Below are positions 1 to 9,442 of a DNA stretch of 64,000 nucleotides, one piece after another. Every line of letters begins with the position of its first letter. Position 1 is the first letter of the stretch. The position numbers and the translations under genes are program-made. The notes under the pieces were generated by a model. That model was not told the DNA's origin. It saw only the letters and a program-made list of their open reading frames with translations, and made no database searches. This DNA comes from Candidatus Poribacteria bacterium (GTDB taxonomy: Bacteria > Poribacteria > WGA-4E > JAJDTR01). The DNA is taken from assembly GCA_965197465.1 (NCBI GenBank), contig OZ240209.1, positions 4,288,958-4,352,957 of the forward strand. Reading direction: 5' to 3'.

Positions 1-126
1 GATGGGAGTTTCACCGGCAAGCTCGGCGATGGCGATGGGGTAACGGCGGCGCTGCTCCGCAGACACGGCATCCAAGTCATGACCGAAACGGAAATCGAAA
101 CTCATGAACCTTCACAAAGTTCATGA
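1..126 (+). CDS. 3' end of DUF523 / 2-thiouracil desulfurase family protein (partial)
   Basis: Frame 1 reads DGSFTGKLGDGDGVTAALLRRHGIQV...stop at 124-126, matching the typical DUF523 C-terminal DGxF...GxGVTAALL motif. Confidence 0.7.
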   Translation, partial: DGSFTGKLGDGDGVTAALLRRHGIQVMTETEIETHEPSQSS

Positions 127-153
127 GTGCGTAGGTTGGGTTGAACAATCTTC

Positions 154-190
154 GATTAAGCGATTGAATAAGTAGTGCGATAGAAATCCC
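154..190 (+). mobile_element. 37-nt structured mini-element copy
   Basis: GATTAAGCGATTGAATAAGTAGTGCGATAGAAATCCC matches the consensus of more than 20 copies in the window. Confidence 0.8.
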
Positions 191-310
191 TCGGTGATCA
201 TCAATCCCCGATTTCCCCTTTTCTATCTGCACGAGCCCCTAAAAGCACCAGAGGTGCGACAGGTGTATAGCGACGCGAATTCTCAAACACCCCCCAAAGC
301 CCCAGCGAGG

Positions 311-347
311 AATCAACCGAGTGAATAACGAGGGTGATAGAATTCCT
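311..347 (+). mobile_element. 37-nt structured mini-element copy, 3' end hit by a MITE
   Basis: AATCAACCGAGTGAATAACGAGGGTGATAGAATTCCT. Confidence 0.8.
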
Positions 348-531
348 GTAAGTGTTTAGTGGCTAGTGATTAGTGGTTAGTAAACCCCCTGAAGGCATAA
401 GACGGGCAATGAATTGCCCTACTACGAACCAGAGGAATGGGTGTCCACACGTTGTACGCCTGAAAAAATAGCAAAAAGACCGTCTATATTTATAGCACTC
501 GACCCCAGAAAACAATGGACTAAACAGTTAC
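348..531 (+). mobile_element. MITE, 184 bp, TIR GTAA(G/C)TGTTTAGT, 8-bp TSD GAATTCCT
   Basis: Inverted termini; identical GAATTCCT at 340-347 and 532-539; full-length homologue at 49584-49766. Confidence 0.9.
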
Positions 532-762
532 GAATTCCTAATAGTGCTCCCATAGAAATCGGAGTGAAACCCAACACTTCATCGCATGTGATTGTCAATC
601 GCTAATTTCCATTCCTATCTTCCCGACAATCATCAAATCGTCGATTTCCCCTCTTCTTTGCTCGCGACAGGAGGTCGCGACCGGGAGATCGCTCCTACAG
701 GAGGTTTGTAGTAGTGCGATTTTTTGCATGTCCGGTGTCGGATTTGCCATCCGCTGTCTTCT

Positions 763-1533
763 TCAACCTACCAACTCACCGCGCACCACGGGTCGGTCAA
801 CCAGCAGTTCTCCCTCTCGGCTTCGCGTCCCGGTAGTCATGTAGTGAATTACCATCGCTCGACGCTCTCGCGCGGACGTATTCGGATTTGATTGGTGAAG
901 TGTCAGGCAATGATGCACCATCGCGTGCCCCGCTTTGACCGGCACCGCCACGGCGCGTTCGGTATCCACCTTAGCTGTCAAAAGAGCGGGCAATTTACCC
1001 TTCTCCGTTATTGCCCGCTCATGCGCCGCAAGCCCCTCGCGGTGGCTGCCCGGAACCACGTTCATGCAGCCGTTCTCCTCATCGGAGTCGTCAAGCGCCA
1101 TCCAGATGCTTACCAGATTCGGAGGGACGCAACCCCAGTAGCCATTGTCCTGATGCCAGTGCACCGCACCGCCATGATTCGCAGGCTTGTAGAGGGCTTG
1201 GTCGAAGAAAACCTGGATATTGGGTCCAATCAGACTCTCGGCAATGTCTAGCAAAGGCGAGTGATATAGCAACTCTCGAAAGACGTCGTTACGTTGCCAC
1301 ATCTGCTGAATCTGCAGCATCTCATCGGAGTGGTCGGCTTCCGGATCATCGGCCGACTCGCCAATCGCGGCGATGTTGCGTAGCCCATCACCGAATGTTC
1401 CGCGTTTCTGCGCGAACAGCGCATCGTAATGTTTTCGCAGAACTGCTAGGTGGTCGTCGGCTAAAACGCGGTGTTCGATTTTGAGATATCCTTCTCGCTG
1501 AAACTGTTCGACAGCTTGCCTTGTTACTTTCAT
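763..1533 (-). CDS. Phytanoyl-CoA dioxygenase (PhyH) family Fe(II)/2-oxoglutarate dioxygenase
   Basis: WHQDNGYW HxD motif, ENGCMNVVPGSH, distal H in LTLHQS and RRA motif; start overlaps trpC stop. Confidence 0.9.
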   Translation of the reverse strand: MKVTRQAVEQFQREGYLKIEHRVLADDHLAVLRKHYDALFAQKRGTFGDGLRNIAAIGESADDPEADHSDEMLQIQQMWQRNDVFRELLYHSPLLDIAESLIGPNIQVFFDQALYKPANHGGAVHWHQDNGYWGCVPPNLVSIWMALDDSDEENGCMNVVPGSHREGLAAHERAITEKGKLPALLTAKVDTERAVAVPVKAGHAMVHHCLTLHQSNPNTSARERRAMVIHYMTTGTRSREGELLVDRPVVRGELVG

Positions 1534-2318
1534 GAAGGCCCCTTTGACCCGAGCAACTCCCGAACCTTCCCGCCGATGTCGGCGCTCCTCATCAGTGACT
1601 CACCCACGAGGATGGCGTTCACATCTGCTTCGCCGAGTCTCAACACGTCCTCGCGGGTGTAAATCCCGCTTTCGCTAACAACGATCCTGTCGTCGGGAAT
1701 TGATTTCCGCAGGTGGAAGGACGCGGCGATGTCCGTGTGGAAGGTTTTCAGGTCTCGGTTGTTGATGCCGATGATTTCCGCCCCAACGTCAAGGGCAATT
1801 TCCAGTTCCGCTTGGGTGTGCACCTCTACTAGGGCGGTGAGATTGAGATGCCCCGCAATTCCAATGAATCCCCGCAACTCTTCCGCTGTCAAGATTGCCA
1901 CGATGAGCAGGATGGCATCTGCTCCCGCTACGCGCGCTTGATAGATGTGGTATTCGTCGATTGTGAAATCTTTCCGCAATAGCGGCAGACCGACAGCGTT
2001 GCGAATCCTACTCAGGTAGTCGAGATTGCCGCCGAAAAACCGATGGTCGGTCAGGACGGAAACTGCCGAGGCGCCGTTCTGCGCGTAGGTTTTGGCAATC
2101 TCCACCGGATTAAAATCTTCGCGGATAATCCCCTTGCTTGGCGATTTCTTCTTTACTTCCGCGATGAGGCTGACGGCGCCGGGTGCCGCCAGTGCAGCCT
2201 TGAAATCCCGCGTCGGCGGTAAATCCGGGATCCGACTCTTCAGCGTTTGGAGCGGTGCTCGTTCCCTGTCCCGCTTGAGTTCTTCTCGTTTGTGCGCAAC
2301 GATTGTATCCAGAATCAA
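1530..2318 (-). CDS. trpC: Indole-3-glycerol phosphate synthase
   Basis: IAEVKKKSPSKG, SVLTD, LRKDF, GINNRDL and VSESGI motifs. Confidence 0.97.
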   Translation of the reverse strand: MILDTIVAHKREELKRDRERAPLQTLKSRIPDLPPTRDFKAALAAPGAVSLIAEVKKKSPSKGIIREDFNPVEIAKTYAQNGASAVSVLTDHRFFGGNLDYLSRIRNAVGLPLLRKDFTIDEYHIYQARVAGADAILLIVAILTAEELRGFIGIAGHLNLTALVEVHTQAELEIALDVGAEIIGINNRDLKTFHTDIAASFHLRKSIPDDRIVVSESGIYTREDVLRLGEADVNAILVGESLMRSADIGGKVRELLGSKGPS

Positions 2319-2342
2319 GGGTTTCTCCGACTGCTTTTCATC

Positions 2343-3353
2343 TCACGCATTCGACTTTGCCTTTAAGCCCTCCAACTTCTTTAATGCCTTCCCGGAATCA
2401 ATTGAATCAATTGCCAACGTTAATCCCTCTTTCAAATATCCCGCTTTGCCGCCGGCAACGATTGCCGCCGCCGCGTTGAGGGCGACAATATCCCGCTTCG
2501 GTCCCCGCTCACCATTGAGAAGTCGCATTACCGTTTCGGCATTCTCCTCCGGTGTCCCACTGATGAGGTCTTCAGTTTGCGCTTTTGGAATCCTCAGATC
2601 GGTTGGGTCAAGTGTATACGTTCTCACGCTGCCGTCAACCAACTCCGTGACCCGTGTGGTGGTGGTCGTTGTAATCTCGTCCAAGCCATCATTGCCATGC
2701 ACAACGAAGGCGTGCTTGCTACCGAAACTCTTGAGCGCGTTCGCATGCGTTTCCGTGAGTTCGGGCGCGTACACGCCAAGCACCTGCGCGCGTGCACCCG
2801 CCGGGTTGGTCAAGGGGGCAATGGTATTGAAAATGGTGCGGAGTCCAATTTCTCGACGTGGCCCAATGGCATATTTCATCGCACCGTGCAGCACCGGCGC
2901 GAAAAGGAATCCGATGCCGACATCGTCAATACACTGACCGACATGTTCCGGCGTAATCTCAATATTCACGCCGAGCGCCATCAACACATTCGCACTCCCG
3001 CTTGTACGGGTCACCCCTCGATTGCCGTGTTTTGCCACCGGTAGCCCTGCGCCCGCTACGACGAAGGCAGAAGTCGTTGAGATATTGAACGAATCCAAAC
3101 GTGTACCGCCCGTACTACAGGTATCAACGACCAAAGCATGTTTGGTCTTGACCGGAGTCGCCTTTGACCGCATGACGCGAGTGGCTCCGGTAATCTCCTC
3201 CAATGTTTCACCTTTCATCCGAAGTGCGGTGATGAAACTGGCAATTTGGGCATCCGTCGCCTCGCCCGACATAATTTCATTCATGGTATCCGTCATTTCA
3301 GTTTCGGTTAAATTATGTCCATCAACCACTTTCTGAATCGCTTCGCGAATCAT
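2343..3353 (-). CDS. trpD: Anthranilate phosphoribosyltransferase
   Basis: DTCSTGG...FNIST, KHGNR, GxDGLDE motifs; ATG at 3353 preceded by GAGGAGG RBS. Confidence 0.96.
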   Translation of the reverse strand: MIREAIQKVVDGHNLTETEMTDTMNEIMSGEATDAQIASFITALRMKGETLEEITGATRVMRSKATPVKTKHALVVDTCSTGGTRLDSFNISTTSAFVVAGAGLPVAKHGNRGVTRTSGSANVLMALGVNIEITPEHVGQCIDDVGIGFLFAPVLHGAMKYAIGPRREIGLRTIFNTIAPLTNPAGARAQVLGVYAPELTETHANALKSFGSKHAFVVHGNDGLDEITTTTTTRVTELVDGSVRTYTLDPTDLRIPKAQTEDLISGTPEENAETVMRLLNGERGPKRDIVALNAAAAIVAGGKAGYLKEGLTLAIDSIDSGKALKKLEGLKAKSNA

Positions 3354-3475
3354 CCTGGAATTCCTCCTCAATTTTTGGGACAGTTCATCCTGCGCTGGAT
3401 TGTTATTATCGGTAGTCTCAAGCAGGGCCGGCAACGACTTAATTTGCGTTTGGATACACCCCATCTCTAGCTTTC

Positions 3476-3504
3476 ATTATAACCCACGCACATAGGGCGA
3501 TCAA
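3476..3504 (-). promoter_or_regulatory. sigma70-type promoter for trpD-trpC-phyH
   Basis: TTGATC-17 nt-TATAAT on the minus strand. Confidence 0.65.
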
Positions 3505-3526
3505 GCGCTTTTTAGGAATCAGCGTC

Positions 3527-3805
3527 AAGCCACAGAGGTGAAACACTCATCAGCGCGGCTAAGTTTTTTGTAGGGTGCGCACCGCGATCAAACGAGTGAA
3601 TAACGAGTGCGATAGGGATCGCACCAGCCTTTGAAAGCGTCAGTGGCCATCTTCGATTATCAAATCTCTGATGGAATCTTTAAGGTGTATCGTAGGAAAA
3701 AGAATGAAAACAATCCTCCTCAAATGACCAAAAATGGCATTGACTCCTATTCTTCAAACAGGCGCTAAGCCAAAGAGGTGAAACACCCATCCGCGCGGGT
3801 AGGTT
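3527..3805 (+). repeat. Imperfect ~39-bp direct repeat pair (AAGCCAnAGAGGTGAAACACnCATCnGCGCGG) 240 bp apart
   Basis: Copies at ~3527-3565 and ~3767-3805. Confidence 0.7.
3586..3620 (+). mobile_element. Mini-element inserted into a GTAGGGTGCGCAC-type REP
   Basis: Filled site GTAGGGTGCGCACCGC[35 nt]GCACCA versus empty site at 25621-25642 (minus strand). Confidence 0.85.
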
Positions 3806-3926
3806 GAAGTTGCATCAGAAGGTCCGCGATATTCGCCCGTTGCACCCAGTGTGCACAATTGCGCTCGCATCGAAGGATATGCTATCATTCCGATGAACCC
3901 ATGTCTCAATGTGAGGTATATAATTT

Positions 3927-4862
3927 ATGAAAATCACTGAAAGGCTCCCCTACCTTGCCGTTATCGCGATCGCGTGGTTTGTGCGTTGCTTGCCCAAGCG
4001 ATTGGCGATGGCTTTCGGCAGCGCAATCGGCAGATTTCTGTATCGGGCGCTCGACAAACGCCGTAAGATTGCTTTAGAGAACCTGAAAATTGCATTTGGA
4101 AATGCGTTGCCAGACCGGGAACATAGAGAGATATGTCTACAAAGTTTCATCAACATCGGCAAAACAGCAATCGAATTTCTGCGTTTCCCGAAATTGACTC
4201 GCGGGAATATTTGGCAAGAGGTAAGTGTTACGGGCACGGAACACCTCGTACAATCGCTAGATGAAGGACGAGGCGCAGTTGTCTTTCTTCCACATTTCGG
4301 TAATTGGGAACTTCTGGCATTGGTTTACGGTGTTATCATCCCGGATAAGGCAAAAGCACTTGCTTTTCCCCTCAAAAACAGATGGCTTAACGCATTAGTT
4401 TGGAAGTATAGGGAGCATCTGAGCTTGAAGTTAATTCCTCGCCAGCAAGCTATTAGGGAAACTTTCCGAGCCTTGAAAACCAACTACGCCGTCGGTTTCT
4501 TCGCCGACCAGGATGCCGGTCGGGAAGGAGTTTTCGTGGATTTCTTCGGACGACCTGCCTCAGCCGTCCGGGGCCCCGTCACCTTTGCACTTAAAACAGG
4601 TGCGCCACTACATTTCTCTCTAGATATCCGCCAGTCTGATGACCGACACCATGTGCATATCTCGCCACGGATTGATCTTGATCGGTCCGGCAATTTCGAG
4701 CAGGATGTTCAGACGAATACCGCCCGCTTGATGAATTATCTTGAGGAATTCATCCGTCAATATCCGGCTCAATGGCTTTGGCTGCACAATCGGTGGAAAA
4801 CTCAGCCAGATTCGGATTGGCAAACCAAACGCCGACAGCGCGACTTCCTAGAAAGGCGTTGA
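3927..4862 (+). CDS. Lipid A biosynthesis / lysophospholipid acyltransferase (LpxL/HtrB family)
   Basis: HFGNWE, DQD and PAQWLWLHNRWKT motifs. Confidence 0.9.
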   Translation: MKITERLPYLAVIAIAWFVRCLPKRLAMAFGSAIGRFLYRALDKRRKIALENLKIAFGNALPDREHREICLQSFINIGKTAIEFLRFPKLTRGNIWQEVSVTGTEHLVQSLDEGRGAVVFLPHFGNWELLALVYGVIIPDKAKALAFPLKNRWLNALVWKYREHLSLKLIPRQQAIRETFRALKTNYAVGFFADQDAGREGVFVDFFGRPASAVRGPVTFALKTGAPLHFSLDIRQSDDRHHVHISPRIDLDRSGNFEQDVQTNTARLMNYLEEFIRQYPAQWLWLHNRWKTQPDSDWQTKRRQRDFLERR

Positions 4863-4874
4863 CGGCTATTTCAG

Positions 4875-4903
4875 TTGCGAGGCATAGCAGGTCATGTTAT
4901 AAT
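4875..4903 (+). promoter_or_regulatory. sigma70-type promoter upstream of ctpA
   Basis: TTGCGA-17 nt-TATAAT with extended TG. Confidence 0.6.
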
Positions 4904-5066
4904 TAGGTTCTCAACTGCGTGTTTTACTGTCTGATTTGAAGAATATCCGTTCAGAATTCATTCAATATTCGATGTCCAGTTACTAATCTCTTCCCATCAA
5001 GAGGGAGAACTTACCTTGAGCAATATCTCAAGATAAATCTCGCTATCACAATACGAAGGAGCTACC

Positions 5067-6539
5067 ATGATTTATCCCAGTAGGAAACACGTTTTACCTA
5101 TCATTTTCTTGACAACTATTGTGGTAGTATCGCTGCAATTTGTGCCCGTGGCTGGAAAAGATGCGTTAAGCAATCGAGACAGACGCATCACCAGTCCGAT
5201 GTTTTACAAGGCCATTGTGGAGGCGGTAAAAAAGACCGATGAATATTACTATCTGGAAATAAATCGAAAAAAGATGTATGAGGGCGCCATTAAAGGCGCT
5301 CTTGCCGCACTAGGAGACCCCTACACCTTCTATTTGCCTGCGAGAGAGCAAAAGCGGGAAAAGGAAGATCTTTACCATAGCAAATTTGGAGGGCTAGGAA
5401 TAAAAATCTACGTTGATAAAGGTTTAATAAAAATTTCTCGACCTTTGCCCGATACTCCCGCCATCAAAGCAGGATTACAGGCTGGAGATTATATTGTCAA
5501 AGTCGGCGATGTTTCAATTGATATTGGCGGGCCCGCGGGACAGACACTTGCCGATGTAATTGATATTTTGCGGGGACGTGTAGGAACGAAGGTTACAATC
5601 ACTGTACGACGCCGGGGGCTACAGGAATTATTTGATGTAACCCTCACACGAGAGGAAATTTTGCCCCAAAGCGTCAAAAAGGAAATGCTGGAAAACCAGA
5701 TTGGTTATATTCAAATAGAGAGTTTTACCGGAAGAACTAACGCCGAGTTCAAGAAGGCTATAACGGAGTTGCAAGAAGAAGAAATGACGGCACTCATTCT
5801 AGACTTGAGAAACAATGCAGGTGGTCTGCTTGAGCAAGCCAATTATGTCGTAGATGCCTTCATTTCCGAGGGGCCCATCGTCTCGACAAGAGGACGGGGA
5901 CATAGATTCAATCAAGAATACCCGGCACACGGCGGTCTGCTCTGTCCCCCCGACATTCCACTCGTGGTGATGGTTAACGAGTGGAGCGCCAGCGGTTCCG
6001 AGATTGTTGCCGGGGCAATCAAAGATACTAAACGCGGCGTCTTGGTTGGCACTGAAACTTTTGGGAAAGGGCTTGTCCAACAACGCTTCCCATTGAATAA
6101 TGGTGGTGGTTCTATTTCACTAACGATCTCGGAATATTTCACACCAAGTGGAGCTAGAATTCACAATAAAAGTATCGCGCCACATGTGTTCGTTGAGAAC
6201 TGGACAACTGGAGTAGTACATGTTGATAGGTCTATCAAGAATTTCGTAGAGAAGTGGATTGAAGCGGAGGAGAAAAGCGCGGGCAAAACCCTTACAGAGG
6301 CCGACTTTATGGCGCTTGAGGCAGAACTTCCCGATCTGATTACATCCCTAGAGCAAGAATTTATGACAAACCTGCAAAAATCAATTCGGCTCAAAGCGCG
6401 TAGGTTTTTTGACGTCAACCTTGGAATCTACAAACTTGTAGATTTGCCAAATGACAAACAGTTGGTGGAGGCAATCCGAATACTCAACGAGGGTGAAGTC
6501 GAAGGGATTCTAGCGGCAGCCCCAACGGCAAATCTGTAA
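5067..6539 (+). CDS. ctpA: Carboxy-terminal processing protease (S41A) with PDZ domain
   Basis: FGGLGI PDZ loop, DLRNNAGG, SASGSEI and TFGKG motifs; N-terminal signal. Confidence 0.92.
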   Translation: MIYPSRKHVLPIIFLTTIVVVSLQFVPVAGKDALSNRDRRITSPMFYKAIVEAVKKTDEYYYLEINRKKMYEGAIKGALAALGDPYTFYLPAREQKREKEDLYHSKFGGLGIKIYVDKGLIKISRPLPDTPAIKAGLQAGDYIVKVGDVSIDIGGPAGQTLADVIDILRGRVGTKVTITVRRRGLQELFDVTLTREEILPQSVKKEMLENQIGYIQIESFTGRTNAEFKKAITELQEEEMTALILDLRNNAGGLLEQANYVVDAFISEGPIVSTRGRGHRFNQEYPAHGGLLCPPDIPLVVMVNEWSASGSEIVAGAIKDTKRGVLVGTETFGKGLVQQRFPLNNGGGSISLTISEYFTPSGARIHNKSIAPHVFVENWTTGVVHVDRSIKNFVEKWIEAEEKSAGKTLTEADFMALEAELPDLITSLEQEFMTNLQKSIRLKARRFFDVNLGIYKLVDLPNDKQLVEAIRILNEGEVEGILAAAPTANL

Positions 6540-6553
6540 ATTAACGGAGACTT

Positions 6554-6691
6554 AACCTATGGATAGATTTATGGTCCTCTCTTGCAATTGTAGGAGCGAT
6601 GTCCGAATCGCGACTCCGATTCCTGACAGGTCGCGATTCGGACATCGCTCCTACGGGGAGGCGAAATATAACAAATCTATCTATATAGGTT
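6554..6691. repeat. MITE-like unit (AACCTAT..GATAGATTT termini) enclosing a REPIN with perfect 25-bp arms
   Basis: GTAGGAGCGATGTCCGAATCGCGAC at 6590-6614 and its exact reverse complement at 6630-6654; related end at ~28041-28074. Confidence 0.8.
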
Positions 6692-6769
6692 CAGACTGCT
6701 CCTGCTAGTTTGGCAAATCCAGCAGATTTTTATGATTCCATAATGAGAAGAAACTCTTAACAAGAGCCG

Positions 6770-7111
6770 TTAGCCCCAAGGCGGACGGTGCCCGCTCAAA
6801 TTTTCGATATAATCGGCTGTTTCCCGAAGTTCCCGCGCGTGATGTGCTTTCGCCTTTTTCTTCGCGGCATCTTCAGTTTGATAGTCAAGTCGCCATGTTC
6901 CTTTCTTGAGTCGCGTGAGTACAAACTCACCCTCCGTGTGTGCGTTTACATATCTGAGGAAATCGTGTAAAATCCAATAGACGTCCGACGCGGAATATCT
7001 AAGCGGATTGGATTTGGATTCCCGACCAACATATTCCAACGCTATCTTAACAAACTCAGCAACTTCTGGCACCGTATAAGAGCCGTTGGCATCTAACTGA
7101 ATTTTATCCAT
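6770..7111 (-). CDS. Hypothetical protein, 113 aa
   Basis: ATG ORF directly downstream of and co-oriented with xdhC; protein-like composition. Confidence 0.6.
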   Translation of the reverse strand: MDKIQLDANGSYTVPEVAEFVKIALEYVGRESKSNPLRYSASDVYWILHDFLRYVNAHTEGEFVLTRLKKGTWRLDYQTEDAAKKKAKAHHARELRETADYIENLSGHRPPWG

Positions 7112-7142
7112 TATTGTGACCGCGGCGGCGTTGGCGGCGGGA

Positions 7143-8255
7143 CTATTGAACGTTCAATTTAACCGTGGGCATTCGCGCGGGTTGCGCATCAAACCGAGTT
7201 TCCGGCTTTGCGCTATTACGCACTTGAATCAATTGAGCGGCAATACTCACGGCGATTTCGGGGACAGTTTTTGAATTTATATCTAAACCAATGGGAGCGT
7301 AAACCCGGGCGAGGTCATCCTCTGAAATACCGATCTCCATTAAATCATCCAGAATCAGTTTAATCTTTCGACGGCTGCCGATTAAGCCGACGTAATGGGC
7401 TTTGGACTCAACAACGCTGTGAAGCGCGTCCTCATCATGCTGATGCCCTCTAGTGACAATGACGACGTAAGTTAGGTGATTGATAGGGTACTTTCGCAAC
7501 TCTTCGGCAATGTCACCGATGATAATCTCTTTTGCTTCTGGCAGACGCTCCGTCGACGCAAAATCGGGGCGATCATCGACAATGGCAATGTCAAAGTCCA
7601 GCCATTCACCAAGATGGCATAGCGCTTGGCCGACATGACCTGCACCGGCGATGAGAAGTGTTGGCCGCGGTTGTACCGGGTCAAGAAAAACCCACACATC
7701 GTCATGTTTCCAGCGAAACACACCCGGCGAATTCTCCTCCAGCACCTCACCGAGTTCGTTCTCGATTTCCGACTCTAATTCTGCGTTCCCCAACGAACCA
7801 ATTCGCCCATCATTCATGGTACGAATCATCTTCATGCCGGCCTGAACACCTTCCACTTCACTCTTCACAACAGTTGCGACAACCAAAGGCACCTTCTCGT
7901 CGTTCAATTCCTGTAGACGGGAAAACATGGCAGCTTCATGTTTAGTCTTCGGGAGATCTATGAATATCTGCATGTTACCGCCGCAGATGAGACCATCATC
8001 CCAACCGTAGTCACTGTCCAACTGAAAATTAAGCAGACGCGGCATACCTCCCTGCATTAAACCAATCGCTTGTCGGCGTGCTTCCGCTTCCACACAGCCA
8101 CCTCCGAGTGTTCCAACGTTCCGCAGATCTGGCAGGATGAGCAACTTGGAACCGGGCTTTTGCGGCGTTGATCCCTTTGTTTCGACGACCATGCAATACG
8201 CCCCCACCTCCTGTGCTTCAATGAGATTAAGAATTTCCTTATATATCTCTCTCAT
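7143..8255 (-). CDS. xdhC: XdhC/CoxI family molybdenum-cofactor chaperone
   Basis: GSTPQKPG, GTLGGGCVE, GLICGG, GAGHVG, TRGH, GLIGSRRK and APIGLDI motifs. Confidence 0.92.
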   Translation of the reverse strand: MREIYKEILNLIEAQEVGAYCMVVETKGSTPQKPGSKLLILPDLRNVGTLGGGCVEAEARRQAIGLMQGGMPRLLNFQLDSDYGWDDGLICGGNMQIFIDLPKTKHEAAMFSRLQELNDEKVPLVVATVVKSEVEGVQAGMKMIRTMNDGRIGSLGNAELESEIENELGEVLEENSPGVFRWKHDDVWVFLDPVQPRPTLLIAGAGHVGQALCHLGEWLDFDIAIVDDRPDFASTERLPEAKEIIIGDIAEELRKYPINHLTYVVIVTRGHQHDEDALHSVVESKAHYVGLIGSRRKIKLILDDLMEIGISEDDLARVYAPIGLDINSKTVPEIAVSIAAQLIQVRNSAKPETRFDAQPARMPTVKLNVQ

Positions 8256-8260
8256 TCTCT

Positions 8261-9172
8261 TTATCTCCACCTGATGTGATTTCGCATTTTCGCTTGTTGG
8301 TCGGCAATGCTTCTCGATACCAACTGAGTAAATTGCTGCTGTTGTTTGTCGGTCAATTCCAATTTAATAATTTCTTCCACGCCGCAGCCTCCAATCTTCG
8401 CTGGTACGCTCAAATATACTGATGAGGTGCTCGCCTGAATCAGCGTGCCCACACTGATTATTTTCTTTTTGTCTAACCCAATTGCACCGACAATTTGCCG
8501 GAGACACACTGAAAGATTGTAAGGACTATCCGCATGTGCCCGTGCGGATTCATTTATACCTGTGAGTTCACGAATCTGCGAGTCGCTGAGAAGTTGGTCA
8601 ATGGGAATACCATTTATGCGGCAATACTGAGGTAGAACTAGAACTCTCTCGTCATTTCCTACTACCAGTGTAGCGACATCCGTAGCTGAAACGCGAAAAT
8701 GATTGGCGATTTGATGTTTCAAGTAAGCACTTGCCCGAATACTTGAAAGCCCAATTACTTGCCCCGGTTCCGATTCTAGCTCCCGGTGTATCAAGTGAGC
8801 GAGGAAATTCGCAGGCGGCATCGCAACGAGGATTCGCGCCTGTGGAGCATGTTGTTTGAGATTCTTGGCAGAATAGCGCGCAAGTGCCAGATTGGCGTTT
8901 CGGTTTGTCTGCTGTGAATTGACGGCAGCGCGGGAGGAAGGGGAAAGCAGAATCACCACTTCGGAATCCGCAAGTGCAGCAGAAGTGCGAGAGACTGAAA
9001 TCGTTACGTCATGTCCTCCAACAGCCAATGACGCTTCTAATTCCTGTGTAACGCCGCGAGGTAACCCCTGAGTCTCATCAACGAGGACGACCTCCGAAAC
9101 AACATGGGAGTGGCAGATTTCGGAGGCAACAGCAAGCGTTGAATCACCTCGACCAAGGATACTTACTTTCAT
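8261..9172 (-). CDS. Malate/lactate dehydrogenase-fold protein lacking catalytic residues
   Basis: LDH/MDH layout (VVLVDE, ALADSEVVI, SVPAKIGGCGVEEIIKLEL) but the GxGxxG, LD..R and GxHG motifs are replaced. Confidence 0.75.
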   Translation of the reverse strand: MKVSILGRGDSTLAVASEICHSHVVSEVVLVDETQGLPRGVTQELEASLAVGGHDVTISVSRTSAALADSEVVILLSPSSRAAVNSQQTNRNANLALARYSAKNLKQHAPQARILVAMPPANFLAHLIHRELESEPGQVIGLSSIRASAYLKHQIANHFRVSATDVATLVVGNDERVLVLPQYCRINGIPIDQLLSDSQIRELTGINESARAHADSPYNLSVCLRQIVGAIGLDKKKIISVGTLIQASTSSVYLSVPAKIGGCGVEEIIKLELTDKQQQQFTQLVSRSIADQQAKMRNHIRWR

Positions 9173-9442
9173 GTCGATTAGGGGCTAGGATTCAAGCGTT
9201 ATCTCAGAGGTTAATCCCTGTCTAAATGGTCCATTCGCTATAAAGTGTAAGGTATAAAATCAAGTATTTTGGAGCTCTGAAATCAAGACAATCTAAAGCA
9301 GTGGCTAGTGGTCAGTGAGATTGTTTTCAAGTTCTACTTGAAGGGGCGGGTTGGAAACCCGCCCTACGGGGGTTGTGGAACAAGATTCTTGTGCCAGTTT
9401 CGTAATTATTAAATACTTAGCGAATGAAACACTAAATAGGAA

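Larger units (their letters stand above)
131..577 (+). repeat. Composite REP-derived element (GTAGGTTGGGTTGA...GAGTGAAACCCAACA) expanded by nested insertions
   Basis: The same two termini enclose only ~100 bp at 31421-31523 (minus strand); here they enclose ~450 bp containing other repeats. Confidence 0.65.

Noticed and set aside
414-605. Short ORFs in repeat-rich gaps (414-605, 39315-39614, 41061-41607, 25495-25755)
   Set aside because: They are translations of MITE, REP and mini-element sequence; for example the recurring GFTIAL peptide is the mini-element's reverse strand.
3497-3507. GCGATCAAGCG at the trpD -35 box matches the mini-element 5' end
   Set aside because: Only about 10 nt match and the hairpin is absent; chance similarity to TTGATC is sufficient.
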